Assembly (NCBI GenBank): GCA_963749075.1
Contig: CAVVLJ010000004.1
Location: forward strand, 288,001 to 352,000
DNA from: an uncultured Pseudomonadota bacterium
GTDB lineage: Bacteria > Pseudomonadota > Alphaproteobacteria > JACZXZ01
Length of the DNA: 64,000 nucleotides
Direction: 5' to 3'
Part shown: positions 42,109-50,781 of the stretch, piece after piece
Position numbering within the stretch: position 1 is the first letter of the stretch
Layout: each line of letters starts with the position of its first letter
Program-made: the position numbers and the translations under genes
Notes under the pieces: model-generated
The model's input: only the letters and a program-made list of their open reading frames with translations
The model's database searches: none
What the model was told of the DNA's origin: nothing

Positions 42109-42375
42109 TCAGCGGTGAAGGGCGCCGCGAGCTGCATCGAGCTCCTTCTCATCGATCGTCGGCTGGGTGAGGTCGATGTCGGGCACGAGCTTGACGCTGC
42201 CGCGCATGGCGCCGTGGAGCGGCTTGAGCTTGAGCTTCGGCGGCACGAGCTCGCCGACCGGCTTGCCGTGGCGCGTGACAACGACCCTGTCGATCTTGCG
42301 CTTCTCCAGCGCATCAAACAGCTTGAGGCAGCGCGCCTTGAACTCCGAGACGCTGATCTTGACCGCGTCGCTCAT
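42109..42375 (-). CDS. Phd/YefM family antitoxin
   Basis: ISVSEFKARCLKL...VVTRHGKPVGELVPP. Confidence 0.9.
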   Translation of the reverse strand: MSDAVKISVSEFKARCLKLFDALEKRKIDRVVVTRHGKPVGELVPPKLKLKPLHGAMRGSVKLVPDIDLTQPTIDEKELDAARGALHR

Positions 42376-42391
42376 GGCGCCATCCGGGCTG

Positions 42392-42423
42392 AAAAATTGG
42401 TCATAATTATATGACCAATTTTT
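42392..42423. promoter_or_regulatory. Perfect 14-bp inverted repeat, probable TA operator
   Basis: AAAAATTGGTCATA-ATTA-TATGACCAATTTTT, about 17 nt upstream of the antitoxin start. Confidence 0.75.
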
Positions 42424-42466
42424 ACCGCCGACAGCTGCCGTCAGGAGCTGCCGAAAAAGGGCGGCG

Positions 42467-42943
42467 CTACGGATAGAAGAGGCTGAAGGAGATGACGCCG
42501 CCCGCCGGCGTCAGCTCGAAGGCCGCCGCATTGAATCTCGGCGCGGAGAATCTGGCCCGCACGTCGTTGGAGAAGCCATAGCCTTCTCTCGGCATGCCGA
42601 TGAAGTTGGTCTTGAACTTGTTGCTGTTGTCTTCGTCGTGATAGGCGTTCACGGCATAGATGCCGGGCGGCACGTCGAACTTGAAGACGACCTCGCCGAC
42701 TTGGGCCGGCTTGATCAGGTCGTGCTCCTTGGCCGATTTGTCCGGCCACTCGGCCGGCGAGGCATAAAGCGAGAGTCTGACCACGCCGTTCGAATTGCGC
42801 ACGTTCTCGACCTTGATGATGAGCTCGACCGCCTCCGCCGGCCGCGGCACGAAGGCGCCAAGGAGCATGGCCGCGGCGAGGAGCGCCGCCGCGAGCGCGC
42901 CCGCCCGGCCGGCCGGACGAGAGTGTTTTGCCGAAGACGCCAT
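42467..42943 (-). CDS. DUF2141 family secreted protein
   Basis: Signal peptide, PGIYAV..YHDED.....GMP.EGYGFSN...F..P.F..AAF. Confidence 0.85.
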   Translation of the reverse strand: MASSAKHSRPAGRAGALAAALLAAAMLLGAFVPRPAEAVELIIKVENVRNSNGVVRLSLYASPAEWPDKSAKEHDLIKPAQVGEVVFKFDVPPGIYAVNAYHDEDNSNKFKTNFIGMPREGYGFSNDVRARFSAPRFNAAAFELTPAGGVISFSLFYP

Positions 42944-43116
42944 GCCGAGCACCCGTGCCGGAAACCTCGATCGGCGCGATTGTGGCAAATCCGGTCCTGC
43001 CGGCCAAGGGCCTAAGTCGGGGCGCCGCGCGCGCTGCACTCGCCAACAAACGCTTCACAAAGAGGCGGCGAGCGGGCATTGTGTCGCGCGGCGGGCGCGG
43101 GAGAGAGTGTCTCGAC

Positions 43117-44278
43117 ATGAAGATCGCCATCACCAAGGAGCGGCACGAGCACGAGCGGCGCGTCGCCGCGACGCCGGACACGGTGAAGAAGTTCATCGCC
43201 CTCGGCCTCGAGGTCACGGTCGAGCGCGGCGCCGGCGAAGGGGCCTCCTTCGGCGACGAGGCCTACGTCCAGGCCGGCGCCGGGCTCGCCGCGGACGCCG
43301 CAGAGGCGCTCCGCGATGCCGACATCGTGCTCAAGGTCCAGCGGCCGCTCGAGGCGGCGGACGGGGGCGGCGAGCTCGCCCTCATGAAGCGCGGCGCCCT
43401 TCTCATCGGCATGCTCGCACCCTACGGCAGCCACGAGCGCCTGGCGGCCTACGCGGCGGCCGGCATCTCGGCCTTCGCCATGGAGCTCATGCCGCGCATC
43501 TCGCGCGCCCAGTCCATGGACGTGCTCTCCTCCCAGGCGAACCTGGCGGGCTACAAGGCGGTGCTCGACGCCGCGGTGCAATTCGGCCGTGCCTTTCCCA
43601 TGATGATGACGGCGGCGGGCACGGTGGCGCCGGCGCGCGTCATCGTGATGGGCGTGGGCGTGGCCGGCCTGCAGGCGATCGCGACGGCGCGGCGCCTCGG
43701 CGCCGTGGTCTCCGGCTACGACGTGCGACCGGCGGTCAAGGAGCAGGTGCAGTCGCTGGGCGCGGCCTTCGTCGAGGTCGACGCCGAGCAGGCCAAGGAG
43801 GCCGAGACGGCCGGCGGCTACGCCAAGGAGATGAGCGAGGCCTATAAGGCGAAGCAGGCGGCGGTGCTGCGCGAGACGCTCAAGAAGCAGGAACGTCGCC
43901 ATCACCACGGCGCTCATCCCCGGCCGCCCGGCGCCGGTGCTGATCAGCGAGGAGATGGTGCGCGAGATGAAGCCGGGCTCGGTCATCGTCGATCTCGCCG
44001 TCGAGGCAGGGGGCAACTGTCCGCTCTCCGAGCCAGGCCTGGTCGTGGTCAAGCACGGCGTCACCATCGTCGGGTACGCCAACTACGCGAGCCGCATCGC
44101 CGTCGACGCCTCGTCGCTCTATGCGCGCAACCTCTACAACTTCCTCTCGCCCTTCGCCAAAAACGACGGCGGCGGGATCGAGATCAAGTGGGACGACGAG
44201 CTGGTCAAGGGCACGCTCCTCACCCACGACGGCAAGATCGTCCATCCGAGCTTCGTCGCCGAGCCGGCACTCGTCTAG
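43117..44278 (+). CDS. pntA: NAD(P) transhydrogenase alpha subunit part 1; +1 frameshift at about 43892
   Basis: ERRVAATP, RAQSMDVLSSQ, GVGVAG, GGYAKE. CAGGAACGTC carries an extra A; removing it restores QDVAITTALIPGRPAP...VDLAVEAGGNC. Confidence 0.93.
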
Positions 44279-44310
44279 CGACCGAGGCTCGATCTAGAGG
44301 GGACTAGGTC

Positions 44311-44721
44311 ATGGATCCCACGACACTCGCCGACCACGCCTCGCGGCTTGCGACCGGTGCGGCCAGGCTCGCCGAGGAGGCGGCCCGGCTCGCCAACGAG
44401 ACGACCCAGCTCGTCGCCCAGCAGGCCCCCGCGGCCGGCCTCGATCCCGCGATCATGGGGCTCACCGTCTTCGTGCTTACCTGCTTCGTCGGCTATTACG
44501 TGGTGTGGAAGGTGACGCCGGCGCTCCACTCCCCGCTCATGTCGGTGACCAATGCCATCTCGAGCGTGATCATCGTGGGCGCGCTCCTCGCCGCCGGCCC
44601 CGCCTCTCTCAATTTCTCCAAGATCATGGGTTTCGTGGCGGTGACGCTCGCCTCGGTCAATATCTTCGGCGGCTTCATCGTGACCCAGCGCATGCTGCAG
44701 ATGTTCCGCAAGCGCAAGTAG
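44311..44721 (+). CDS. pntA: NAD(P) transhydrogenase alpha subunit part 2 (membrane)
   Basis: [34 protein letters not shown]. Confidence 0.95.
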   Translation: MDPTTLADHASRLATGAARLAEEAARLANETTQLVAQQAPAAGLDPAIMGLTVFVLTCFVGYYVVWKVTPALHSPLMSVTNAISSVIIVGALLAAGPASLNFSKIMGFVAVTLASVNIFGGFIVTQRMLQMFRKRK

Positions 44722-44734
44722 GCGGGGGCGAATC

Positions 44735-46129
44735 ATGAGCGGCAATCTCGCGGCGATCGCCTATCTCGTCGCCTCCGTCTGCTTCATCCTGGCGCTGAGG
44801 GGCCTCTCCTCCCCCGAGAGCGCCAGGCTGGGCAATGTCCTCGGCATCATCGGCATGGTGATCGCGGTGGCGACCACGCTCGCCGCACCTGGCGTCGTGA
44901 GCTACGGCCTGATCGCCGCCGGCGTGGTCATCGGCGGCACCATCGGCACCATCATAGCGCTGCGCATCCAGATGACGGCGCTGCCCCAGCTCGTGGCGGC
45001 GTTCCACAGCCTGGTCGGTCTGGCGGCGGTCTCGGTCGCCGCGGCCGCCTTCTATCATCCGGAGGCCTACGGCATCATGGGGCCGGCGGGCATCTATCGC
45101 GCGAGCCTCATCGAGATGAGCCTCGGCACCGCCATCGGCGCCGTCACCTTCACGGGCTCGATCATCGCCTTCGGCAAGCTGCAGGCCATCCTCTCCGGCA
45201 AGCCGCTCGTCTTCCCCGGCCAGCATCTCCTCAATGCCGCCCAGGGCATAGCCCTCGTGGCGCTCATCGTGTGGTTCGCCATCTCCGGAGGCGCGCTCGC
45301 CTTCTGGCTCATCGTGGCATTGGCACTGACGCTCGGCTTCCTCCTCATCCTGCCGATCGGCGGCGCCGACATGCCGGTCGTCATCTCCATGCTCAACAGC
45401 TACTCGGGCTGGGCCGCCTGCGGCATCGGCTTCACGCTCGACAACAATCTCCTCATCGTCACCGGAGCACTGGTCGGCTCCTCGGGCGCCATCCTCAGCT
45501 ACATCATGTGCAAGGGGATGAACCGCTCGATCTTCAACGTCATCCTCGGCGGCTTCGGCGGCGAGACCTCGGAGGCCGCGGGGGCGGGTGCGCGCGACCG
45601 CACCGTCAAGCAGGGCTCGGCCGACGACGCCGCCTTCATCATGAAGAACGCCGGCTCGGTCGTCATCGTGCCGGGCTACGGCATGGCGGTGGCGCAGGCC
45701 CAGCATGCGCTGCGCGAGATGGCCGACCTCCTCAAGAAGGACGGCATCAAGGTGCGCTACGCCATCCATCCGGTGGCGGGGCGCATGCCGGGGCACATGA
45801 ACGTGCTGCTCGCCGAGGCCAACGTGCCCTACGACGAGGTGCTCGAGCTCGAGGAGATCAACCGCGACTTCTCCACGACCGACGTGGCCTTCGTCATCGG
45901 CGCCAACGACGTGACCAACCCGTCCGCCAAGAACGATCCCTCGAGCCCCATCTACGGCATGCCGGTGCTCGACGTGGAGAACGCCAAGACCGTGCTCTTC
46001 GTCAAGCGCTCGCTCGCCTCGGGCTATGCCGGCATCGACAATCCGCTGTTCTACCGCGACAACACCATGATGCTCTTCGGCGACGCCAAGAAGATGTGCG
46101 AGGGCATCGTCAAGGCGCTCGCGCACTGA
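44735..46129 (+). CDS. pntB: NAD(P) transhydrogenase beta subunit
   Basis: IGGADMPVVIS.LNSYSGWA, HPVAGRMPGHMNVLLAEA, GANDVTNP. Confidence 0.97.
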   Translation: MSGNLAAIAYLVASVCFILALRGLSSPESARLGNVLGIIGMVIAVATTLAAPGVVSYGLIAAGVVIGGTIGTIIALRIQMTALPQLVAAFHSLVGLAAVSVAAAAFYHPEAYGIMGPAGIYRASLIEMSLGTAIGAVTFTGSIIAFGKLQAILSGKPLVFPGQHLLNAAQGIALVALIVWFAISGGALAFWLIVALALTLGFLLILPIGGADMPVVISMLNSYSGWAACGIGFTLDNNLLIVTGALVGSSGAILSYIMCKGMNRSIFNVILGGFGGETSEAAGAGARDRTVKQGSADDAAFIMKNAGSVVIVPGYGMAVAQAQHALREMADLLKKDGIKVRYAIHPVAGRMPGHMNVLLAEANVPYDEVLELEEINRDFSTTDVAFVIGANDVTNPSAKNDPSSPIYGMPVLDVENAKTVLFVKRSLASGYAGIDNPLFYRDNTMMLFGDAKKMCEGIVKALAH

Positions 46130-46139
46130 GGGCGGCCTT

Positions 46140-47195
46140 CTATCGCTGCGACCACTCCGTCTTGAAGCGCTCGAAGCGGCTGGGGATGCGGTGGATCGCC
46201 TCCAACAGCGCGCGCACGACGCCCGGCTCGGCACCTTCCGTGCCCTCGAGCGTCACGCAATCGACGAGGCCGCCGAAGCGGCGTGCGATGGCGTCCGGCA
46301 GCTCGTCATAGGTGCCCGCCGCCGCGAAGAGTGCGAGCACCTCGTCCGCGATGAGCGGCGGCATGCTGTCGAACTCGCGCCGCCGCGCCATCTCGCTCAA
46401 GCGCTTGCCGAGCTCGACGAGCCCGTGCGCCTCGAGGACCGGGCGGTAGGCCGGCGTGGAGGCGTACCAGGCGACCCGGTAGCGCGTGCGCTCGAGGGCG
46501 GGGGCGAGCGCCGCGCGGTCGCGGCCGGTCACGACGAAGCCGCCGCCGCTCACCTCGAAGCCCGCCCGCGCCATGCCCCGCATCGTGAGCCCGCGCTCGA
46601 GGATGGGTGCTACCGTCTCCTCGATGTATTTGCGCGTGGCAAAGCCGTGCAGGCGCACGCCGTCGGCGATCTCGGCCGCGGTCTTCAGCATGAGCGGGCC
46701 GACCGCGGCGAGGGTGAGGGGCACCATCGGCAGGCGGTTGGGCCCGGGCGAGAACTCCCGGTTCATCAGGTTGAAGCGGTAGTGCTTGCCCTGGAAATCG
46801 AGCGGGACGCCGGTCTCCCAGGTGCGCCAGATGGCACGCAGCGCCTGCAAATATTCGCCCATGCGCGCGGCGGGCGCCGACCAGGGCACGCTGAAGCGCC
46901 GCTCCACGTGCGCGCGCACCTGGCTGCCCAGGCCGAGGGCGAAGCGGCCGCCGCTCGCGCGCGCGAGGTCCCACGCCTGGTGTGCCACGATCATGGGGCT
47001 GCGCGGAAAGGCGAGGGCGACCGAGGTGGCAAGTGCCGCTCGCCCGGTCGCCAGCGCCGCGAACGCCAGCGGCACGAAGGGGTCGTGCTTGGTCTCGTTG
47101 GTCTGCAGCGTGTCGAAGCCGAGCTCCTCGGCCTGCCGCGCCGCCGGCCCGCAGGCGCGCCAGTCATGGGCGGGCAGCACCAGTGCTACCTGCAT
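46140..47195 (-). CDS. Luciferase-like (LLM) oxidoreductase of a probable F420-dependent subfamily
   Basis: ETKHDPF, AFPRSPM, LGLGSQVRAH.ERRFS, ADGVRLH, YASTPAY; GGAG RBS. Confidence 0.85.
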   Translation of the reverse strand: MQVALVLPAHDWRACGPAARQAEELGFDTLQTNETKHDPFVPLAFAALATGRAALATSVALAFPRSPMIVAHQAWDLARASGGRFALGLGSQVRAHVERRFSVPWSAPAARMGEYLQALRAIWRTWETGVPLDFQGKHYRFNLMNREFSPGPNRLPMVPLTLAAVGPLMLKTAAEIADGVRLHGFATRKYIEETVAPILERGLTMRGMARAGFEVSGGGFVVTGRDRAALAPALERTRYRVAWYASTPAYRPVLEAHGLVELGKRLSEMARRREFDSMPPLIADEVLALFAAAGTYDELPDAIARRFGGLVDCVTLEGTEGAEPGVVRALLEAIHRIPSRFERFKTEWSQR

Positions 47196-47244
47196 CGCTC
47201 CATGCCCTCCGCGGCCGTGGAACGAGGCGGCGGAAGCGCGGCGG

Positions 47245-48072
47245 CTAGCGCTTCGCCCGCTCCTTCGCCGTGCCGTAGACGAGCGGCACCGCGGCCTGGG
47301 GGGAGAGCGGCTGGAAGGTGAAGCTCTCCTGGATGTAGAGCCGCACGCTCTCCGGGCCGTGGTCGAGATAGCCGACCGAGAAGTCCTGGCCCACGGTGAG
47401 CTCGAAGTCGCCGCCCCGCATCGACAGCACCGCAGCACCCTTGACCGCGGGCGCCCATACGATGGGGCCGTCCACGAGGCGCCGCACGTGCTGGATCACC
47501 GGGTAGCCGCCTTTGGTCGTCTCGGTGAGCCCGGTGTAGCACTGCTGGCCGAGGGCGATGGCATAGGGGCCGTCGACCCCTGCCGCGCGCAGCCGCGTGA
47601 GCGCCGCCGCCACGGCGAGGGGATAGTCCTCGTAATTCTCCGTGAGGCTCACGGGCTTGCCGGGGGCCGCCTCGCACACGCCGCGGATGCCGGCCGCGCC
47701 ATAGCCGTGGAAGACGGCGCGGTCCTCGGCGATCGCAATTCGGCGCGCCGCGTCGATGACGGCATCGAGATCGGGGTCCTTGGCGCCGCGCTCGACGGCG
47801 TCGAGCTCGGCGCGCGAAAGCTCGAAGGGCACGCGGAGCCGGACGAGCGGCAGCACCTCGCGCTGAAGCGTCTCGACGCCGCTCTCGGGCAACGGGGCGA
47901 GGGGTTTGAGCCGGCCGGTGCCGGCGGCTACGGCCGTAGCACCTTGCGGGCCGACGAAGTCGACGAGCTTGCGCGCGGCGAGCGTCGTCTTGAGGGTGCG
48001 CGCCGCCTCCCTGTCGATTTCCGCCCATGCCGCAGCGGAGATGGGCGCCAGCGGGCGAAGGAGATTGTCCAT
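47245..48072 (-). CDS. Family 1 encapsulin shell protein (linocin M18 family)
   Basis: L.R.LAPIS..AW.EID.EA, ARKLVDF.GP, AEDRAVFHG, RGGDFEL.VGQD.S.GY, ESFTF. Confidence 0.96.
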   Translation of the reverse strand: MDNLLRPLAPISAAAWAEIDREAARTLKTTLAARKLVDFVGPQGATAVAAGTGRLKPLAPLPESGVETLQREVLPLVRLRVPFELSRAELDAVERGAKDPDLDAVIDAARRIAIAEDRAVFHGYGAAGIRGVCEAAPGKPVSLTENYEDYPLAVAAALTRLRAAGVDGPYAIALGQQCYTGLTETTKGGYPVIQHVRRLVDGPIVWAPAVKGAAVLSMRGGDFELTVGQDFSVGYLDHGPESVRLYIQESFTFQPLSPQAAVPLVYGTAKERAKR

Positions 48073-48075
48073 GGC

Positions 48076-48477
48076 TCAGCTCCCCGCCACGGCGAGGCCG
48101 CCGGTGCCGCGCAGGCTGCCGATGCCGAGCGAGCCGTCGGAGGCCGCAGCCGGCGCCCCGGCGCCGCCTCCGCCGCCCGTCTCCGCCGCCTCGGCGGCGA
48201 TGATGGAGCCGTCCTTGAAGAGGTAGGTCCGGAGCTGGGTGCTGAGCGCCGGGTCGTGGCGGCGCAGCCACTCGAGCACCATAGAGGCGTGCTCCTTCTC
48301 CTCGTCGCGGTTGTGCGCGAGGATTTGCCGGAGCTCCTCGTCCTCCGCCGCATCGACCCGCTGGTCGTACCAGTCGACGGCCTCGAGCTCCTCCATCAGC
48401 GAGACGACCGCCCGGTGCCGGTCGACCGTCTCCGGCTTGAGCTTCGCCCGATCCTCGTGAAGTATCTCGCTTGACAT
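48076..48477 (-). CDS. Encapsulated ferritin-like protein (EncFtn/Flp) with a C-terminal cargo-loading peptide
   Basis: SLMEELEAVDWYDQR...HNRDEEKEH..M.LEWLRR ferroxidase motif; Gly/Ala linker, then DGSLGIGSLRG targeting peptide. Confidence 0.95.
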   Translation of the reverse strand: MSSEILHEDRAKLKPETVDRHRAVVSLMEELEAVDWYDQRVDAAEDEELRQILAHNRDEEKEHASMVLEWLRRHDPALSTQLRTYLFKDGSIIAAEAAETGGGGGAGAPAAASDGSLGIGSLRGTGGLAVAGS

Positions 48478-48581
48478 CGCCCGGCTCCGCTTGTTCGCGA
48501 CAATTGTCCTGGGTGGTCGGCGCGCTCCGCCAAAGATGGCCCTTCGTCGCACATGCCGCAAGAGCCCGCAATAGGCTCGTC

Positions 48582-50774
48582 TTACTCCGTGGCACCCAGC
48601 CGCACGGTCTCGCTCACCCGCTCGCCCGTGGCGTCGATCACGGTGAGCGTGGAGAAGCCGGGCCCGTCGGGCTCGAAGAAGGCCGTCTCGCCGGGCTCCT
48701 TGACGACGGCGACCGGCCTGCCGTCGACCACCCAGCTGAGCGGCAGGGTGCCGCCCATCGCCTTGAGCGCCATCTGGGCGAAACGCGAGCCCTCCGGCTC
48801 GAGCTCGAGGGCGGCACCTTGCGGCGGAAAGAGGATGCGGAGCGGCGAGGAGGGCTGCCGCGCGCCGTAGGCCGGCTGCTGGCCGGCCGGCGAGAAGCGG
48901 CGCAGCGCCACGGGCAGCGCTCTCGCACCGCCGGCCGCCCACACCCCCTTGGGCTCGCTCTCTACCGCGGTCTCGGCCGGCAGCAGGCCGAAGACCTTGA
49001 AGAGCAGCGGCGCCGCGGCGCTGATGCCGTATTGGCCCGGGCGCGGCGCCCCGTCGGGCCGGCCGACCCAGACGCCGACCGTGTAGCGCTCGGAATAGCC
49101 GAGCGACCAGGCGTCGCGGAAGCCGTAGGAGGTGCCGGTCTTGTAGGCGATCGGCCGCATGGCGTTGCCCTGCGGCAGGCGCACCAGCGGATCGGGCAGC
49201 GCCGTGCCGCGCAGGATGTCGCCCACGTACCAGGCGGAGGCCGGGGTCAAGAGCGGCGTGCCGCTCGCCGCCGCGGCGCCGGCGCGGAAGGCGAGGGGGC
49301 GCACCATGCCGCCGTCGGCAAGTGCTGCATAGAGCATCACGAGATCGCGCAAGTCGATGCCGACGCCGCCGAGCGCCACCGCCAGCGACGGCCTCGTGAC
49401 GCCCTCCTCGAAGGTGAGCGCTGCGCCGGCACCGCGCACCGCCGCGACGAAGCGCTCGGTGCCCAGGCGCGAGAGGAGTGCCACGGCCGGAATGTTGAGC
49501 GAGCGCTGGAGCGCTTCGCGCACGGTCACCTCGCCGTGGTATTCGCGGTCGAAGTTCTGCGGCGCGTAGTCGCCGAGGCGGAGCGGGGCGTCCTCGATGA
49601 TGGTGTCCGGATGGATGAGGAGGGCATCGAAGCCCATGCCGTAGATGAAGGGCTTGAGGGTCGAGCCCGGCGAGCGCTCGGCGCGCGTCATGTCGATCTG
49701 TCCGAAGGGTGCGGCGAAATCGGCGCTGCCCACCGCCACGCGCACTTGCCGTCCGCGGTTCTCGACCACGAGCACGGCGATCGAGGCGCCCTCCTCGAGC
49801 AGCTCGCGGCGCACCAGCTCCTCGACCCGGCGCTCGAGGCGGCCGTCGAGCGTGGTGCGCAGAACCGTGCCGGCGGGTGCGGCTGCCGCGAGCTCGGCCG
49901 CCAGCTGCGGGGCGAGGAAGGGCAGCGCCGCGCGGTGCCGCGGCAGCGCCTCGGCCGCCGCCTCGGCAGCCTCGCTTCGGCCGAGTGCCCCGCGGGCGAC
50001 GAGCTCGCGCAGCACCTTGTCGCGCGCGCGCTGCGCCGCCTCGGGGTGGAGGTCGGGGCGCACGCGCTCGGGCGATTGCGGGAGTGCTACGAGGAGGGCG
50101 GCCTCGCCCGGCGTGAGATGGCGCGGCTCCTTGCCGAAATAGGCGAGCGAGGCGGCGCGCACGCCTTCGAGGTTGCCGCCGAAGGGCGCCAGCGTGAGGT
50201 AGATCGACAGGATCTCCGCCTTCGAGAGGCGGCGCTCGAGCTGCAGCGCCTGCAGCATCTCGCCCGCCTTGCCGAGGAGCGTGCGCGGCCGCGGCGAGAG
50301 CAGGCGCGCCGTCTGCATGGTGAGCGTCGAGCCGCCCGAGACGATGTGCCCGGCCCTGACCCACTGCCAGAGAGCCCGCGCCAAGGCCGCCGGATCGACG
50401 CCCCAGTGGCGGGGAAAGCGCTTGTCCTCGTAGGCCTCGAGCAGGGCGACATAGACCGGGTCCACGTCCTTGACCGCGGTCTTGAGGCGCCAGGACTGGT
50501 CGGGGGCGGTGAAGGCGCGCAGAATCTCGCCGCGCTCGTCGAGCACCACCGTCGAGGGATTGGCATAGCGCTCGAGCGACGGCGGGAACAGGCGGTCGAG
50601 GATCACGAGTGCGCCTGAGAGCGCGATCGCGGCGCCGAGCACGGCGAACAATGTGCGAGCGCCCCCCCACCCTAGCCTCCCCCTCAAGGGGGGAGGGGAA
50701 CAACGCAGAGGCTCACACGGCGAACCCCCTCCCCCCTTGAGGGGGAGGGATGGGGAGGGGGGTGTTCCCAACAC
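48582..50774 (-). CDS. pbpC: Penicillin-binding protein 1C (start uncertain)
   Basis: EDKRF..H.GVD, SGGSTLTMQ, SPGSTLKPF, SLN, KTGT; follows the alpha-2-macroglobulin gene. Confidence 0.93.
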   Translation of the reverse strand: MLGTPPSPSLPLKGGGGSPCEPLRCSPPPLRGRLGWGGARTLFAVLGAAIALSGALVILDRLFPPSLERYANPSTVVLDERGEILRAFTAPDQSWRLKTAVKDVDPVYVALLEAYEDKRFPRHWGVDPAALARALWQWVRAGHIVSGGSTLTMQTARLLSPRPRTLLGKAGEMLQALQLERRLSKAEILSIYLTLAPFGGNLEGVRAASLAYFGKEPRHLTPGEAALLVALPQSPERVRPDLHPEAAQRARDKVLRELVARGALGRSEAAEAAAEALPRHRAALPFLAPQLAAELAAAAPAGTVLRTTLDGRLERRVEELVRRELLEEGASIAVLVVENRGRQVRVAVGSADFAAPFGQIDMTRAERSPGSTLKPFIYGMGFDALLIHPDTIIEDAPLRLGDYAPQNFDREYHGEVTVREALQRSLNIPAVALLSRLGTERFVAAVRGAGAALTFEEGVTRPSLAVALGGVGIDLRDLVMLYAALADGGMVRPLAFRAGAAAASGTPLLTPASAWYVGDILRGTALPDPLVRLPQGNAMRPIAYKTGTSYGFRDAWSLGYSERYTVGVWVGRPDGAPRPGQYGISAAAPLLFKVFGLLPAETAVESEPKGVWAAGGARALPVALRRFSPAGQQPAYGARQPSSPLRILFPPQGAALELEPEGSRFAQMALKAMGGTLPLSWVVDGRPVAVVKEPGETAFFEPDGPGFSTLTVIDATGERVSETVRLGATE
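50662..50763. repeat. Inverted REP-like doublet overlapping the 5' end of pbpC
   Basis: CCTCCCCCTCAAGGGGGGAGGGG and its inverse; same variant as 29379-29477. Confidence 0.85.
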
Positions 50775-50781
50775 GTCCGCG

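Noticed and set aside
43880-43900. Programmed frameshift in pntA
   Set aside because: There is no slippery site, and the same +1 pattern occurs in three unrelated genes, so a sequencing error is more likely.
47245-48072. Prophage capsid or bacteriocin interpretation of the linocin-family gene
   Set aside because: There are no terminase, portal or tail genes, and an adjacent cargo with a targeting peptide identifies an encapsulin.
48499-48508. GACAATTGTC palindrome upstream of EncFtn as an iron-regulator box
   Set aside because: It is only 10 bp and does not clearly match the Fur, Irr or RirA consensus; not enough to call.
48478-50703. 875-aa ORF suggesting a giant encapsulin cargo fusion
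   Set aside because: The upstream part is an off-frame overlap with pbpC; EncFtn starts at ATG 48477 with its own GGAG RBS.
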